From assembly GCF_001194135.2 (NCBI RefSeq), contig NC_068987.1, forward strand, positions 82,440,161 to 82,489,580: 49,420 nucleotides of DNA, written 5' to 3'. The stretch's first letter is position 1. Every line of letters starts with the position of its first letter. The position numbers and the translations under genes were made by a program. Shown one piece after another: positions 37,353 to 49,420 of this stretch. The DNA is from Octopus bimaculoides. Its lineage: Eukaryota. The notes beneath the pieces were generated by a model, which was not told where the DNA came from, ran no database searches, and saw only the letters and a list, made by a program, of their open reading frames with translations.

Positions 37353-37429
37353 CACCTGTTGTTTAGCCCTAGCCTGTCCCTCCTGTTCGAGCAGACATCC
37401 TGCTGTGAAAGACATATCAGAACCATAGT

Positions 37430-38235
37430 GATCGTTTCAAATTTTGGTACGGGGCCAGCAATTTTCGAAGGGAGGTGAAGTTGATCTCATCGACCTCAGT
37501 ATTTGACTGGTTTTAATTTTAAGTACCCCGAAAGGGTGAAAAGACGAAATGCCGGTCAGCATTTTGTCCGGTGTTCTAACGACGTTTTGTGCGGTGTGTT
37601 ATCGATTCTGGCAGCTCGCTGTCTTTATGAGAACTGCAATAATCCTTTCTACTATAGACAGAAGGCCAGAAATTTCTTAGGGGAAGGAGCTTGTCAATTA
37701 CGTTGATCCCAGTATTTAACTGATACTTATTTCATCGATCCCGAAGGGACGGAAGGCAAATGCGACCGCAGTAGAAATTGGAGTCAGAACATGGAAACGG
37801 ACGAAATGCCAGTAAACATTCTGTCCGGCGTGCTAACGATTCTTTTCTACTCTAGGTACAAGGCCCGAAATTTTAAGGGAGGGAGTCAATCGATTAGATC
37901 GACCCCAGTATGCAACTGGTACATAATTTATCGACCCCGAAAGGATGAAAGGCAAAGTCGACCTCGGCGAAATTTGAACTCAGAACGTAGTGAAAGACGA
38001 AACACCGCTAAGCATTTCGCCCGGCGTACTAACGTTTCTTATTTCTTTATTGCCCACAGGGGGGACAAACAAGGGGACAAAGGGATTAAGTCGATTACAT
38101 CGACTCCTGTGCGTAACTGGTACTGAGTTTATCGACTCTAAAAAGACGGAAGGCAAAGTCCACATCGGTGAAATTTGAACTCTGAACGTCAGAACTGTTA
38201 CTAAGCACTTCGCCCGGCAAGCTAACGATTGTGCC
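37430..38235 (-). mobile_element. Tandem cluster of 4 family A SINE copies
   Basis: Repeated gtcgat..catcgac / ttatcgaccccgaaaggatgaaaggcaaagtcgacc modules, all on the minus strand. Confidence 0.85.
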
Positions 38236-40118
38236 AGTTCGTAACCTTTATGAGAATTCTAATAATAAATTATGATATTATTTGGAAAACACAAAGCACC
38301 CTCTCAGTATTAGTGAACCACAGCTGGCTTTTCTCGAGTTACACTTTACTCATAAGATACTTGACTCTCAGACAAAAATATAGATTTAACCTCTAAAGAA
38401 AATCAAAGAATTTGGATATCTCAGACAACAAAATAGATTTAAGCACTGAAGAAAATTTAAGAAATTGGATATTTTCAAAACACCAGTTTCCTACTAAACA
38501 ACGAATACAAAATTTAGTTAAAGTGGCATCGTTCGTTCATTCAGAGTTAAGTAGTTTTCCAAGACATGGAAACACGAAAATCCGATTAACTGGAGGTATC
38601 AAGTATGTTTAGTAAGTTATAAAAATAATACCAATATATTGAAGAAATGAGAAAGAAAAAATTCGTGCGAATGGAATTTATAAAGAAACTGAAATGAAGT
38701 CTTCGGTGCAGGTATAGCTGTGTGGTTAAAAAGCTCTCTTTGCAATCATATGATTTCGAGTTCAGACCCACTGCACAGCACCTTGGACAAGTATCTTCTA
38801 TTATACGCCACAGCCGACCAAAACCTTGTGAGCTGAATTTGATAAATGGAAACTATGTAAAAGCCCGGCTCACCATAAAGCAAGTCTAATTGATTGTCTC
38901 GAATATTCAGTGTTCTTTAACATTCTGTGTCATGAAGGGACTTTTCAAAGGATGCTATCCCGCAGCTAATGAGCGTTTAAACAAGGCACATGTGACATNN
39001 NNNNNNNNNNNNNNNNNNNNNNNNNNNNNNNNNNNNNNNNNNNNNNNNNNNNNNNNNNNNNNNNNNNNNNNNNNNNNNNNNNNNNNNNNNNNNNNNNNNN
39101 NNNNNNNNNNNNNNNNNNNNNNNNNNNNNNNNNNNNNNNNNNNNNNNNNNNNNNNNNNNNNNNNNNNNNNNNNNNNNNNNNNNNNNNNNNNNNNNNNNNN
39201 NNNNNNNNNNNNNNNNNNNNNNNNNNNNNNNNNNNNNNNNNNNNNNNNNNNNNNNNNNNNNNNNNNNNNNNNTGTTTATGTAGTCGGCACTTAATGTATA
39301 TCGGCTGAATGGACGTCAGTGATTGGTTGAAATTACAGAAATACGACAACTTTAACATGGAATATCTTATGGATTTCTTTTTTTTTAAGAAGACTAAGAG
39401 AAAAAGATGTTTTATATGACACATTCTACCAGTGTTCCAAGTTTCAAAGTGTTTCGTTAATGAAAAATGTGGCCCCCGTTTTAAAAAAGATCCTATATAT
39501 ACGCGTAATAATAATATAGATTTAATCAAAAGATTAAATGTGGTACATAAAATGTTTGAGGCACCAGAATTTGGTAGGGTAAAAACCAAAAACAAAATCA
39601 AGAGATTTGGTGAATAAAATTTGAAAGTAAGCAACGCGTAGATAGACAAATAGATATATTTGCATATGTGTGTGTGTTTGTGTGTGTGAACGCGCGCGTG
39701 CACATATGTCGGTGACGTATTTTCCATTCCTCACCTAACTAGTCGATAACCGGTGTTCGTTTGTTTACTCCCTGCCCACCTCCTGTAAGTTGACGGTTCG
39801 GCAAAAGACACCCGATAGAAAAAGTACCAGACTTTAAAATCCATGTACCGGTGTCGATTAATTCGATTAAAACCCTTCTATGTGGTGCTCTAGTATGGTC
39901 ACAGTTCAATGACTGAAACAAGTAAATGATTAAAGATTATTAAACATAGTTAATGACTTATCAAAGCAAAACTGACAACACTCGACAAAATAGATTTTAT
40001 ATGTGTTGAGGAATATTTTACGAAACTGAATCGTTCATAATTTTTCTGGAATCTTCTTTTCGGGACTCTGCTGAAACTGGGACACTACTTAAACTTGGTA
40101 TAATATAAGAAAGCAGAA

Positions 40119-40352
40119 GGACGGCGAGCTGGCAGAATGGTTAGCAAGCCGGGCGAAATGCTTAGCGGTATTTCGTCTGCCGTTACGTTCTGAGTTCAAA
40201 TTCCGCCGTGGTCGACTTTGCCTTTCATCCTTTCAGGGTCGATTAAATAAGTACCAGTTATGCACTGGGGTCGATGTAATCGACTTAATCCCTTTGTCCG
40301 TCCTTGTTTGTCCCCTATATGTTTAGCCCCCTGTGAGCAATAAAGAAATAAG
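40119..40352 (+). mobile_element. SINE family A, long-tail form, well preserved
   Basis: Complete head-core-tail ending gtttagccccctgtgagcaataaagaaataag. Two more copies follow to ~40795. Confidence 0.92.
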
Positions 40353-40869
40353 TATAAGGAAGTAAGCAGGCAGGACTGTTAGCATGCCGGACGAAATGCT
40401 TAGTGGAATTTGAACTCAGAACGTAAATACGGACGAAATGTCGCTGAGATTGATTTTGCCTTTCACTCTATCGGGGTTGATAAGTTAGGTATTTGTGGAG
40501 TACTTAGGCCGATATAATCGACTTACCCCTCGCCCGAAATTGCTGGCCTTGTGTTAAAATTTGAAACCAACACAATCAGAAAATAGGGCGGTGAGCTGAC
40601 AGAATCATTAGCATGCCGAGCAAAATGCTTAGCGGCATTTCGTCAGTTTCCACCGAAGTGAAAATTCGGCCGAGGCCCACTTTACCTTTTGAGGATCGAT
40701 AAAGCAATTACCAGCTGAGACCTGGCATTGATGTAATCGATTTATTCCATGCCATCCGAAAATGCTGGTTTTGTACCAAAATTTGGAACCAATATAAGAA
40801 GAGTAAAATGTAGCTCCTGACTACCAACCAAATGAGTACCAACTACTTATGTTTTTCTTTTCTACTATA

Positions 40870-41228
40870 CCCTTTTACTTGTTTCAGTCATTTGACTGTG
40901 GCCATGCTGGAGCACCGCCTTTAGTCGAGCAAATCGACCCCAGGACTTATTCTTTGTAAGCCTAGTACTTATTCTGTCGTTCCCTTTTGCCAAACCGCTA
41001 GATTACAGGGACATAAACACACCAGCATCGGTTGTCAAGCGATGTTGGGGGGGACAAACACAGACACGCATACAGACACACACACATATACGACGGGCTT
41101 CTTTCAGTTTCCGTCTACCAAATCCACTCACAAGGTTTTGGTTGGCCCGAGGCTATAGTAGAAGACACTTGCCTAAGGTGCCACGTAGTGCGACTGAACC
41201 CGGAATCATGTGGTTCGTAAGCAAGCTA
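40870..41228 (-). mobile_element. SINE family B, well preserved, head cut by gap
   Basis: High similarity to 14005-14420. Confidence 0.92.
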
Positions 41229-41424
41229 NNNNNNNNNNNNNNNNNNNNNNNNNNNNNNNNNNNNNNNNNNNNNNNNNNNNNNNNNNNNNNNNNNNNNNNN
41301 NNNNNNNNNNNNNNNNNNNNNNNNNNNNNNNNNNNNNNNNNNNNNNNNNNNNNNNNNNNNNNNNNNNNNNNNNNNNNNNNNNNNNNNNNNNNNNNNNNNN
41401 NNNNNNNNNNNNNNNNNNNNNNNA

Positions 41425-41620
41425 GTTTTTTTAACTATCACCTGCGGAGTGAGATCCGTCTGGAGAGGAAGTCCCTGTCTCAAGATATGTTCCGGAAAAG
41501 ATGGATGCCTGTAGTAAGTATGATGCGAGTGGAAGGTGTCGAGCTGGTGTAGCCAGTTCGGGGGGGGGGGAACAAGGAAAAAGTGTGAAAACAGCCGGCG
41601 GGTTGATTGGAGCCCCGTAT
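41425..41620 (+). mobile_element. Tx1/L1-clade ORF2 C-terminus, second copy
   Basis: FFNYHLRSEIRLERKSLSQDMFRKRWMPVVSMMRVEG aligns by eye with FFKFHLKRKVRV...FIER*VKVAKMTRVDG at 20000-20130. Confidence 0.7.
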
Positions 41621-44134
41621 CGATTTATAACAAAAAGTGATTCAAATGTTTCGATTTCTTCCATTTTTCGATTTTATATCTTTTTATATTTATATGAATT
41701 TTTAAAACACGTTTCATTGTAACAAACGCGATATGTTGTGGTGTCCATGTTCGTCCCCTCTATGTTCGTCTTTTATAGACAATAAAGAAATTGTTACTCA
41801 GAATGTAAAGTCGAAAGGAATGCCGCTAAGCATCTTGTTTGGCAAGCTAACAACTTTTCTAGCTCGTCGCCTTCAAAATATTCTTTTAATGAAATTAAAA
41901 TTAATAAGGAAGATTTTACGAAGCCAAATCATTCATCATCTTTCTTGTAAGAAACTTTGTTTTCGAAACTATATCGAAACTTAGCACAGTACAAGAAAGT
42001 AGAAGTAAAAACTAGCTACTAACTACCGCGTCAACTTATATCGTGATTGCCAATGAGTCATGGCGCTCAGTAATTGAATGCCATCTTTTTATGATTTTAC
42101 CTACGAAGTGGAGTAAATCTATAATCTTTCAGAAGTTTCGCTAAAAGTAGCAATTTCCAGTCAAGAGCTCTACTTCATTAACCTGATAATATGGCTAAGA
42201 AACAGTAGGAAATGAAGTAAGCAAAATCTCAGTTACTAATTAATATCGAAATAACTGTCCTTGCTCTAAAGTTTAATAGTTTACCGTTTCATCTACATCT
42301 GGATTATCATTGCTATTACTAAATATCGATTTATCGATCACTTTCATGTTTTAATTTTTTTTTTTTTGTATTTGTTTTGTTATTTTTCATAGCAGTTTTG
42401 TGTTCGTTGAAGGCCCTTGAAGTTTTGGGGAAAATAGACGGGGAAATTGTTGAGTATGATGATAAACGAGATAATTATAAATTCTTTCTTTTTAAATGTC
42501 GGAAAGCAAAAGAAATCAAACAAATGCTATTTATGTCTGTTCATCGCTTGATTCCTGAACAGAAGTTTAGTAGAACATTTCTCCATTATATCTAAGTCCA
42601 CTATTGTAGCATTGTACCACAATTTGTGATGTTACTTCTAGCTTTTCCTTTTTTTTCTCTCTCTCTCTCATTTTTTTTTTTTTTTTTTTTTTTTGATAGC
42701 TTTGGTAATATCTCCTTGTCTGTGCGTATCACACAACCATAACCAGAGAAAAATTTCTAACAAAGAAAATACTGCAGTTGATGTAGCGATCGTTTTATCG
42801 ACATCATTAATGTTATCGACTACTGAATTTTACTACACTTCGTCGTTACTGAAGCATATTTTATTGCTTCTTTTAGTTCTTTATTGATATGTTTGTTGCA
42901 GTTTTACTAATCCAAAGTTTTCATTTTCTTCTTTTTAAATGAATAAAACTGACACAATTGGAACAATTTCAGAAAAAGGATAAAAAAAAAAAAAAAACCT
43001 ATATTATGTTCACCAGCCATTACAACTTTGCGGGCGAGAAACTATCCTCCTTCTACACTGTATTTAATACAAACTTAACAAAGAGAGATTAATGTTCACA
43101 TGTGTTAGTGAAGAAGATTGTAACTTGTTAAATACCGTCCAATGTTGCTATTAGGCGAAGTAACTACACTGAATCGACTGATGTAAATCTAAGATAATGA
43201 GAATTCGGTGTTTCCTAGCAAATTTCCCATGCGGAGCCACCAAAAAAGTATGTCTGAATGTTATAAATTATAACCTGAGTTGCTGGAGATATTTTTTGAT
43301 CTATTTATTTATATAATTTATTCATATTTTCATATGATGTTGCCAAAGAAATAATATGTTATTTCAGGAGAACCAGCCTTCAAACTTGTGGAAAATATAT
43401 CATGTTATGAGTTTGGGAATAATTATTTGTTAGGGAATAATTATTTGTGTCTAATAAGGTCTAATAAGCTACGTTTAAGATTTAAGTGGTAAATATACGT
43501 TACTGCAGTATGCAAATAACTCAACGCTTTCAAACACTATATTTTGTGACATATGGGAATCCGCCAGAGGGAAGATATAGCGCTTTTACACGTTTTTCCA
43601 TAAGCGAGATTATTTTCCCTACGGTAATTGCAGTGAATTTGCCTCTGGAAGTTAGAATATGTCACAAACAAATTTTAACTAACCAAAAGTTCGTTTATTC
43701 CTAATCATTCCTTGGCACTGAAGCCGCTATTATTATATTTTGGTTTCTAACTTGAGTTAAAGACTATAAATTTACAAAGAAAGGGAATGAGATTGTGTCG
43801 TTCATGCCGTTCTCGATGTCTTTGATCATTTAAATGAAGTGAAATGGATTCAAGCAAAATTCGAAAACGTATTGCAGTGTCGGCCTTCTGAGATTTTGAT
43901 CTTTGTTTTGCGTCCCCTCAAATGGATGCACGCATGACGGGTTAAACGCGCACTTCGCAATGACATAACTTCTTGTTCGAATCCATTTCGCGACATCTTG
44001 AGCAAGAATAGTCAACCATAACCTTGGCTTCACCAAAACCTTGTAAATGAAATTTAGTCAACGGGAACCGTGAAACAGTGCGTCGGAGGGATCGTTCCTC
44101 TTTTGGAGCAATATATTTGATCCATTGCTTTGTT

Positions 44135-44339
44135 TAGTACTAGCATCTGACCCATGAGTGTTTATAGCACAACCATTGGAAGCTTTAGTACACTCATCTG
44201 GTCCATGGGACCCTTTTGAGTAAGGGCCTGGCCTGTAAGCGTTTCTAACATAGCCACCTGACTCGTGGGTGCCTTTAGAACAACCATCTGGCTCATGGAT
44301 ACCTTTAGGACAACTGCCTGGCCCATGGGTGCTTTTAGC
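44135..44339. repeat. Degenerate 30-bp minisatellite, about 7 units
   Basis: Units resemble tagnacaaccatctggcccatgggtgcctt; one unit is shortened to 21 bp. Confidence 0.85.
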
Positions 44340-44382
44340 GGAGATTTCTCTCTTCTAAGTATTCGGTTAGTAAGAGGATAAC

Positions 44383-44433
<51 letters not shown>

Positions 44434-44754
44434 NNNNNNNNNNNNNNNNNNNNNNNNNNNNNNNNNNNNNNNNNNNNNNNNNNNNNNNNNNNNNNNNNNN
44501 NNNNNNNNNNNNNNNNNNNNNNNNNNNNNNNNNNNNNNNNNNNNNNNNNNNNNNNNNNNNNNNNNNNNNNNNNNNNNNNNNNNNNNNNNNNNNNNNNNNN
44601 NNNNNNNNNNNATTATTTATGCATTATTTATAAATCAATTTAGATAATGTTGGGGTTCCGTAACCTTTCAAAGTGGATCATATTTCCTCCAATATTATAG
44701 GCCTTGCTAAAAAAACAAATTAAAGTAGCAACCATAGGGAGCACCCAGAATAAC

Positions 44755-44799
<45 letters not shown>

Positions 44800-45269
44800 C
44801 ATAAGATGTAACATCAAGTTTGAGTGCTTAGTTTGTTATTTTCCTAGTGTATTATAAGGTGATCCATAAAAAAATAAATGAATGGATATCAGTAAAAAGA
44901 AACGAGTTCTTTTTCTCTTGCACATTTGTTCAGAGATTACGTCATAAAAAATTTAATCATTAAATTTAAATAATTAACCAAAACTTTTATCTAATCTAAT
45001 AAATACCATCTACGCCTTAAAACTTATTTTTGGTTTAGTTGACGTTCCACATTTACGATGTTTGAAAATGGGCTGGACATGAAAAAAAAAATGCTACATT
45101 ATTAAGATCGATCGATCAATCTGTCTATTTATTTATTCATCGATCGATCTATTATCAATTTATTTATCTAAGTATATATTTTATCTGTCTATCTAGCCAT
45201 TAATCTATAATTATTTATTTATCTATGTATCTGCTATCAATCTATTTATTTATTTATGTATCTATAAAT

Positions 45270-45319
<50 letters not shown>

Positions 45320-45320
<1 letters not shown>

Positions 45321-45517
45321 ATTTCTTTATTGCCCAGAAGGGGCTAAACATAGAGGGGACAAACAGAGACAGACAAAGGGATCAAGTCGATTACGTCGAC
45401 ATCAGTGCGTAACTGGTACTTAATTTATCGACCCGAAAATATGAAAGGCAAAATCGACCTCGGCGGAACGTAAAGACAGACGAAATATTGCTAACGTTTC
45501 TGCCAGCTCGCCGCCTT
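45320..45517 (-). mobile_element. SINE family A long-tail form inside (TATC)n
   Basis: Tail gtttagccccttctgggcaataaagaaataag on the minus strand; two internal deletions. Confidence 0.85.
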
Positions 45518-47484
45518 CTGCTCGCTCGCCTATCTATCTATCTTTCTATATATCAATCTGTCTGTCTGTCTGTCTGTGGGTCGATGAAACTAAACTTCCA
45601 CTGGGCTACTCCACGTAGCTGTAACTAAGCATCATAGTTTACTGTTATAAATAGCAGAAACATTTTGTTTTATTTGTTATTGTCTCTTATGCTATTTTTA
45701 TGTGCAACATTTTCTTTTAAGAATCTACGTTTGGCTTCTGTCCTCTCATTTATGTTATTTGTTAACTATGGTTTGTTATGAGTAGAATGACATAACATTC
45801 GGTGTTTTTTTTGTTTTTTGTTTTTTTGATTTATAACAATTTACTCAACTCCCAAACCAGTAAGATGGAACGCATAACCCGCCTTAGAAGTTTGATGTAA
45901 ATCCAAACTTACCTGTTGCCGAGAAGGAATTCAGTGAAGAACTTTTGAAAATTTCATTACCGAGTGTCATGAAAGAGCATCTGACAAACTGTTATACTCA
46001 AAAAAATATATGGCGGCAATATCGTACGAGTATTTTGTGGTTATTATAGACTTTGGTGCAGCAATACAAGAACTAGAAAAAGTGTATTTAAATAAGGAAA
46101 AAGAGATATTCGCCAGACAGTAATTTGCTACAAGGCGTCAGTTACGAGTTTCTTTGTGGTCTGCACAATCTCAATAAAAGAACTGCATCGTGACACTCCG
46201 TCGGTTACGACGACGAGAGTTCCAGTTGATCCAATCAACGGAACAGCTTGCTCGTGAAATTAACGTGCAAGTGGCTGAGAACTCCACAGACACGTGTACC
46301 ATTAATGTAGTTCTCGGGGAGATTCAGCTTGACACAGTGTATGACAAGGCTGGCCCTAATCACTGAGCCATTGCGCCTCCACTAAAGAAGTGTACATCGT
46401 AAAGTATAATAGTAGAACAATATCGTTATGGACTCACTATGGGTGCTTTCGTAAATGGATTGTCCTCAATTAATGCTTCTGTTATTTCAGTTATGTTTGT
46501 TGACTATGTTCTAGGACTACGTCATAAGCCTATGGTTTATAATTATACAACACTTAATAATTACTTAGTCACAAAGCCACAGATTTACTAGAGGATGCGT
46601 AATAAAATATTTCAAACTGACTTCTGTTTATCTACATATGATTTCTCTGGTGTCCAAGTCTTTTCACTGTATCTTAACCTATCTATAAAATCATTGTATT
46701 TAGGGACTTTAATGTACACTAGAATTTGCGCTCCTCTCTCACTGAAACTGCTCACACTGGGGGTCAAATCGTTTGTCATTCTGATCTGTTTCACTAAATT
46801 ATATCCACTCGTATTTGCCTTCTTCCCAGACAGAAAGAGATACTAACACAGTACCACTAATGTCTTACACAGACATCATTGCCTCGGCAGCCATGGATCA
46901 CTGAATCATTTTCTAAGGAGGCAACATAGCGTGCAATATCTCAAACACCTTTCGGTACTTCAGATTAGATAACCGCTCAGAGCTTCACCAGTTCTATGCC
47001 GACTACTCCAAGCACCAAATGTTTGTTTACGCTAAGCCACTCGAGACAGCTAAAACAGATAACTGCAACCATCTTGCTTAGTATATCCCTCTACAGTCTA
47101 TAAACAACCAACGTCTATAACCTTCACATCCCGAAGTACTTTACCTGCCACTGAACTGCAGCAGGATAGGCAATAACAGTGATACTAACTGAGAGACTTT
47201 TATCCACCACTGTGGATAAGTCTACTACGAAAAATGCAAGCGGTACTGCCGTGCTTTGCACAGTCGGAAAACCCACTCACCTAACTGTAAATCGGTACTG
47301 TGCTGAAGTAGAGTTACTGTTGTAAAATGTAGAATCTGAGAAGTTATTTTCTGTTCACTACAGTTTTTCAAAGAATGATTAAATGGATTTGGTTGTACCA
47401 AAAACTGGATGGAAACTAAGAGAAATCTAAATTGTTTTCGGATTGTTAGTCCTGCTAGCTTTCCCTGAGAATTTTACCTCTTAG

Positions 47485-47745
47485 ATCATCATCATCATCA
47501 ATCCCCGGACATGACTGTCCATGGACCCAGGACTCATAGGGGCGGTTACCCGGTTTCCATGGCGTATAATGGATTGAGATTACAACACTCACCCCTAAGC
47601 GAGACGTCGGTTTTTTCTGAATTCCTTTCCAAGCTATTGCTAGAACTCATTTGCAGCTGAGTGGACCGGAGCAACATGAAATGGTGTGTTTTGCTCAAGA
47701 GCGCAACATACAAGCATTCTGAGAATCGAAACCACTTGGCTACGT
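47485..47745 (-). mobile_element. SINE family C variant with (GAT)n tail
   Basis: gtggtttcgattctcag head, ctcttgagcaaaacac body, tail atacgccatggaaaccgggtaaccgcccctatgag. Confidence 0.7.
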
Positions 47746-47769
47746 ACCTTTGCTTTGGGATTAATGCAA

Positions 47770-48223
47770 CGTTGGTTTCAAACTTTGGCACAAGGTCAAC
47801 AAGTTCGGATGAGAGACAAAGAGAGAGTAAGCCGATTATATCGACGCCAAGTAGTACTTATTTTATTGATCCTCAAAAAGATGAAAAGAAAAGTCGACCT
47901 CAGCGGAATTTGAACTCAGAACGTAAAGCCTGGCGAAATACCGCAAAGCATTTCACCCGACGTGCTAACTGTTCTACCACATTTCCGCCTTAGGGGTCAA
48001 TATAATATTCTTTTCTACTCTAGGCACAAGGCCCGAAATTTTGGTGGGGAGGGGGCCAGTCGATTAGATCGACCCTGGTACACAACTGGTACTTAATTTA
48101 TCGACCTCGAAAAGATGAAAGGCAAAGTCGACCTCGGCGGAATTTGAACTCAGAACGTAAAGATAGACGAAATACCGCGAAGCATTTTGCCTGACGTGCT
48201 AACGTTTCCGCCAGCTCACCGCC
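47770..48223 (-). mobile_element. Two head-to-tail family A SINEs with different tails
   Basis: 47770-47989 (gtgccaaagtttgaaacc tail) and 48010-48223 (gtgcctagagtagaaaag tail). Confidence 0.9.
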
Positions 48224-49420
48224 TTGGGGGTTAATATAATATTATCATATAGAATGTTATCAGTTGCGCTGTAGTATGTTATTTTTCAAGTTTAATTTTA
48301 GCGCAACTGAGTGTCAAACAAACATTTTTTTTATATCCATAATTGTCTTCGTGTACTAATTTTTCTTTCACTATTTATATTTTCCCCTTTATCGTATCTC
48401 TCCCCCCCCCCTCATTGTTCAGTCTATCAAACTTCCTTTCTTATGTTTCCTCTGTTTTCTTTTCTGTTTTTGTTTCATTCTACGCCAGCAGTTTATTCCA
48501 AACATTTCATTCAACTGAAAGCCTCATCAATTCTCCAGAGATTATGTGTCTACAAAACAAAGAGAAAAAAAAATGCAAAAAACAACAACAAAAGAAAAAA
48601 ACGAACAGATGACAGATTTATCTCAGCTGTTGTTAATGAGGTTTTATGTCTTTTAGAATATTGCCTTTGTATCAGTTTAAATAATTATATCAACCGAAAT
48701 CCATCGACATTAAGTTAATATAAGGCTAGGCTTTCCCATGTAAATAACAAAAACAAAAAAAAACCTTAAAAAATTCTTGGTAATATGGCGATAATAGATT
48801 GTAGTACGATCGCTTAAATAGTATTGGCTGCAGGATATGACTAAGTTATGCTTCGTGAGACAGTTCGGGGACATTGCTTCCGGTCAGCCTTTCGCCGAGA
48901 GAGGCGCATCAGATGGAAATTGTTGTTAGTTTTGCAACACGCGCTGCATTTTTAGTTTATCAGGTAATCGTTACGACGGAGAGAAAGATAATGATGACAG
49001 AGGGATCCTCAGAGACGTCACTGGTAGACGTTGGTACAATACGCACGCGGGCAAGCAGAAACACGCACACGCGCGCGTAGAAACACGCACACACATTCAG
49101 TCGTGTGTGTATGCATATATATGTATATGTGTGAGTGTGTATACATTTATGCATATATATATATATATATTATTTTGCTTAAAAGAGTTCCAACACTGTC
49201 TGTTTTTTATGTTTTATTTATATTCCTGCAGAACTAATGTGGGGTATAGAATATGGAATATACAATATATAATATGATATACAATATACAATATAAAATA
49301 AAATAAAATAAAAATGGATGGCACCATGAAAGAAAGTATTGAATGTAGATGAAATATTGAGTGTTCAATATAAAGGATCAAATATATAAATATATAAATA
49401 TAAATATATATATATAAAGG

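Noticed and set aside
38366-38480. Leucine-rich repeat reading (LDISDNKI)
   Set aside because: The LxxLxLxxNxL periodicity needs extra frameshifts; kept only as a tandem duplication.
46170-46365. Probable interspersed repeat remnant
   Set aside because: Looks familiar as a repeat, but there is no second copy in the window and I cannot assign a family.

Overview
AT-rich, repeat-saturated animal DNA from a gapped draft assembly, with 10 N-gaps that are mostly flanked by (TA)n/(CA)n/(CT)n microsatellites. The SINE repertoire and microsatellite load resemble octopus (inference, not checked). I find no intact protein-coding gene, rRNA, true tRNA or CRISPR array; the window looks intronic or intergenic. 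Most ORF-track entries are microsatellite or gap artefacts. Recognisable content: two Penelope-like (PLE) GIY-YIG endonuclease remnants, a pogo/Tigger transposase fossil with a possible related MITE, a scrambled Tx1/L1-clade LINE, a second Tx1 3' end, three CR1-like 3' fragments, a separate RT fragment, an RLE-type (Hero-like) LINE 3' end, and dozens of tRNA-headed SINE copies or fragments from about four families. The best lead is 3190-3572: a tRNA-headed element with an inverted-duplicated 5' end and a well-formed minimal type I hammerhead ribozyme, beside a PLE endonuclease fragment. It may be a SINE mobilised by PLE machinery. Other leads are serial same-site SINE insertions, a LINE/SINE shared 3' tail, a stop-free decapeptide minisatellite, and several unverified exon candidates.
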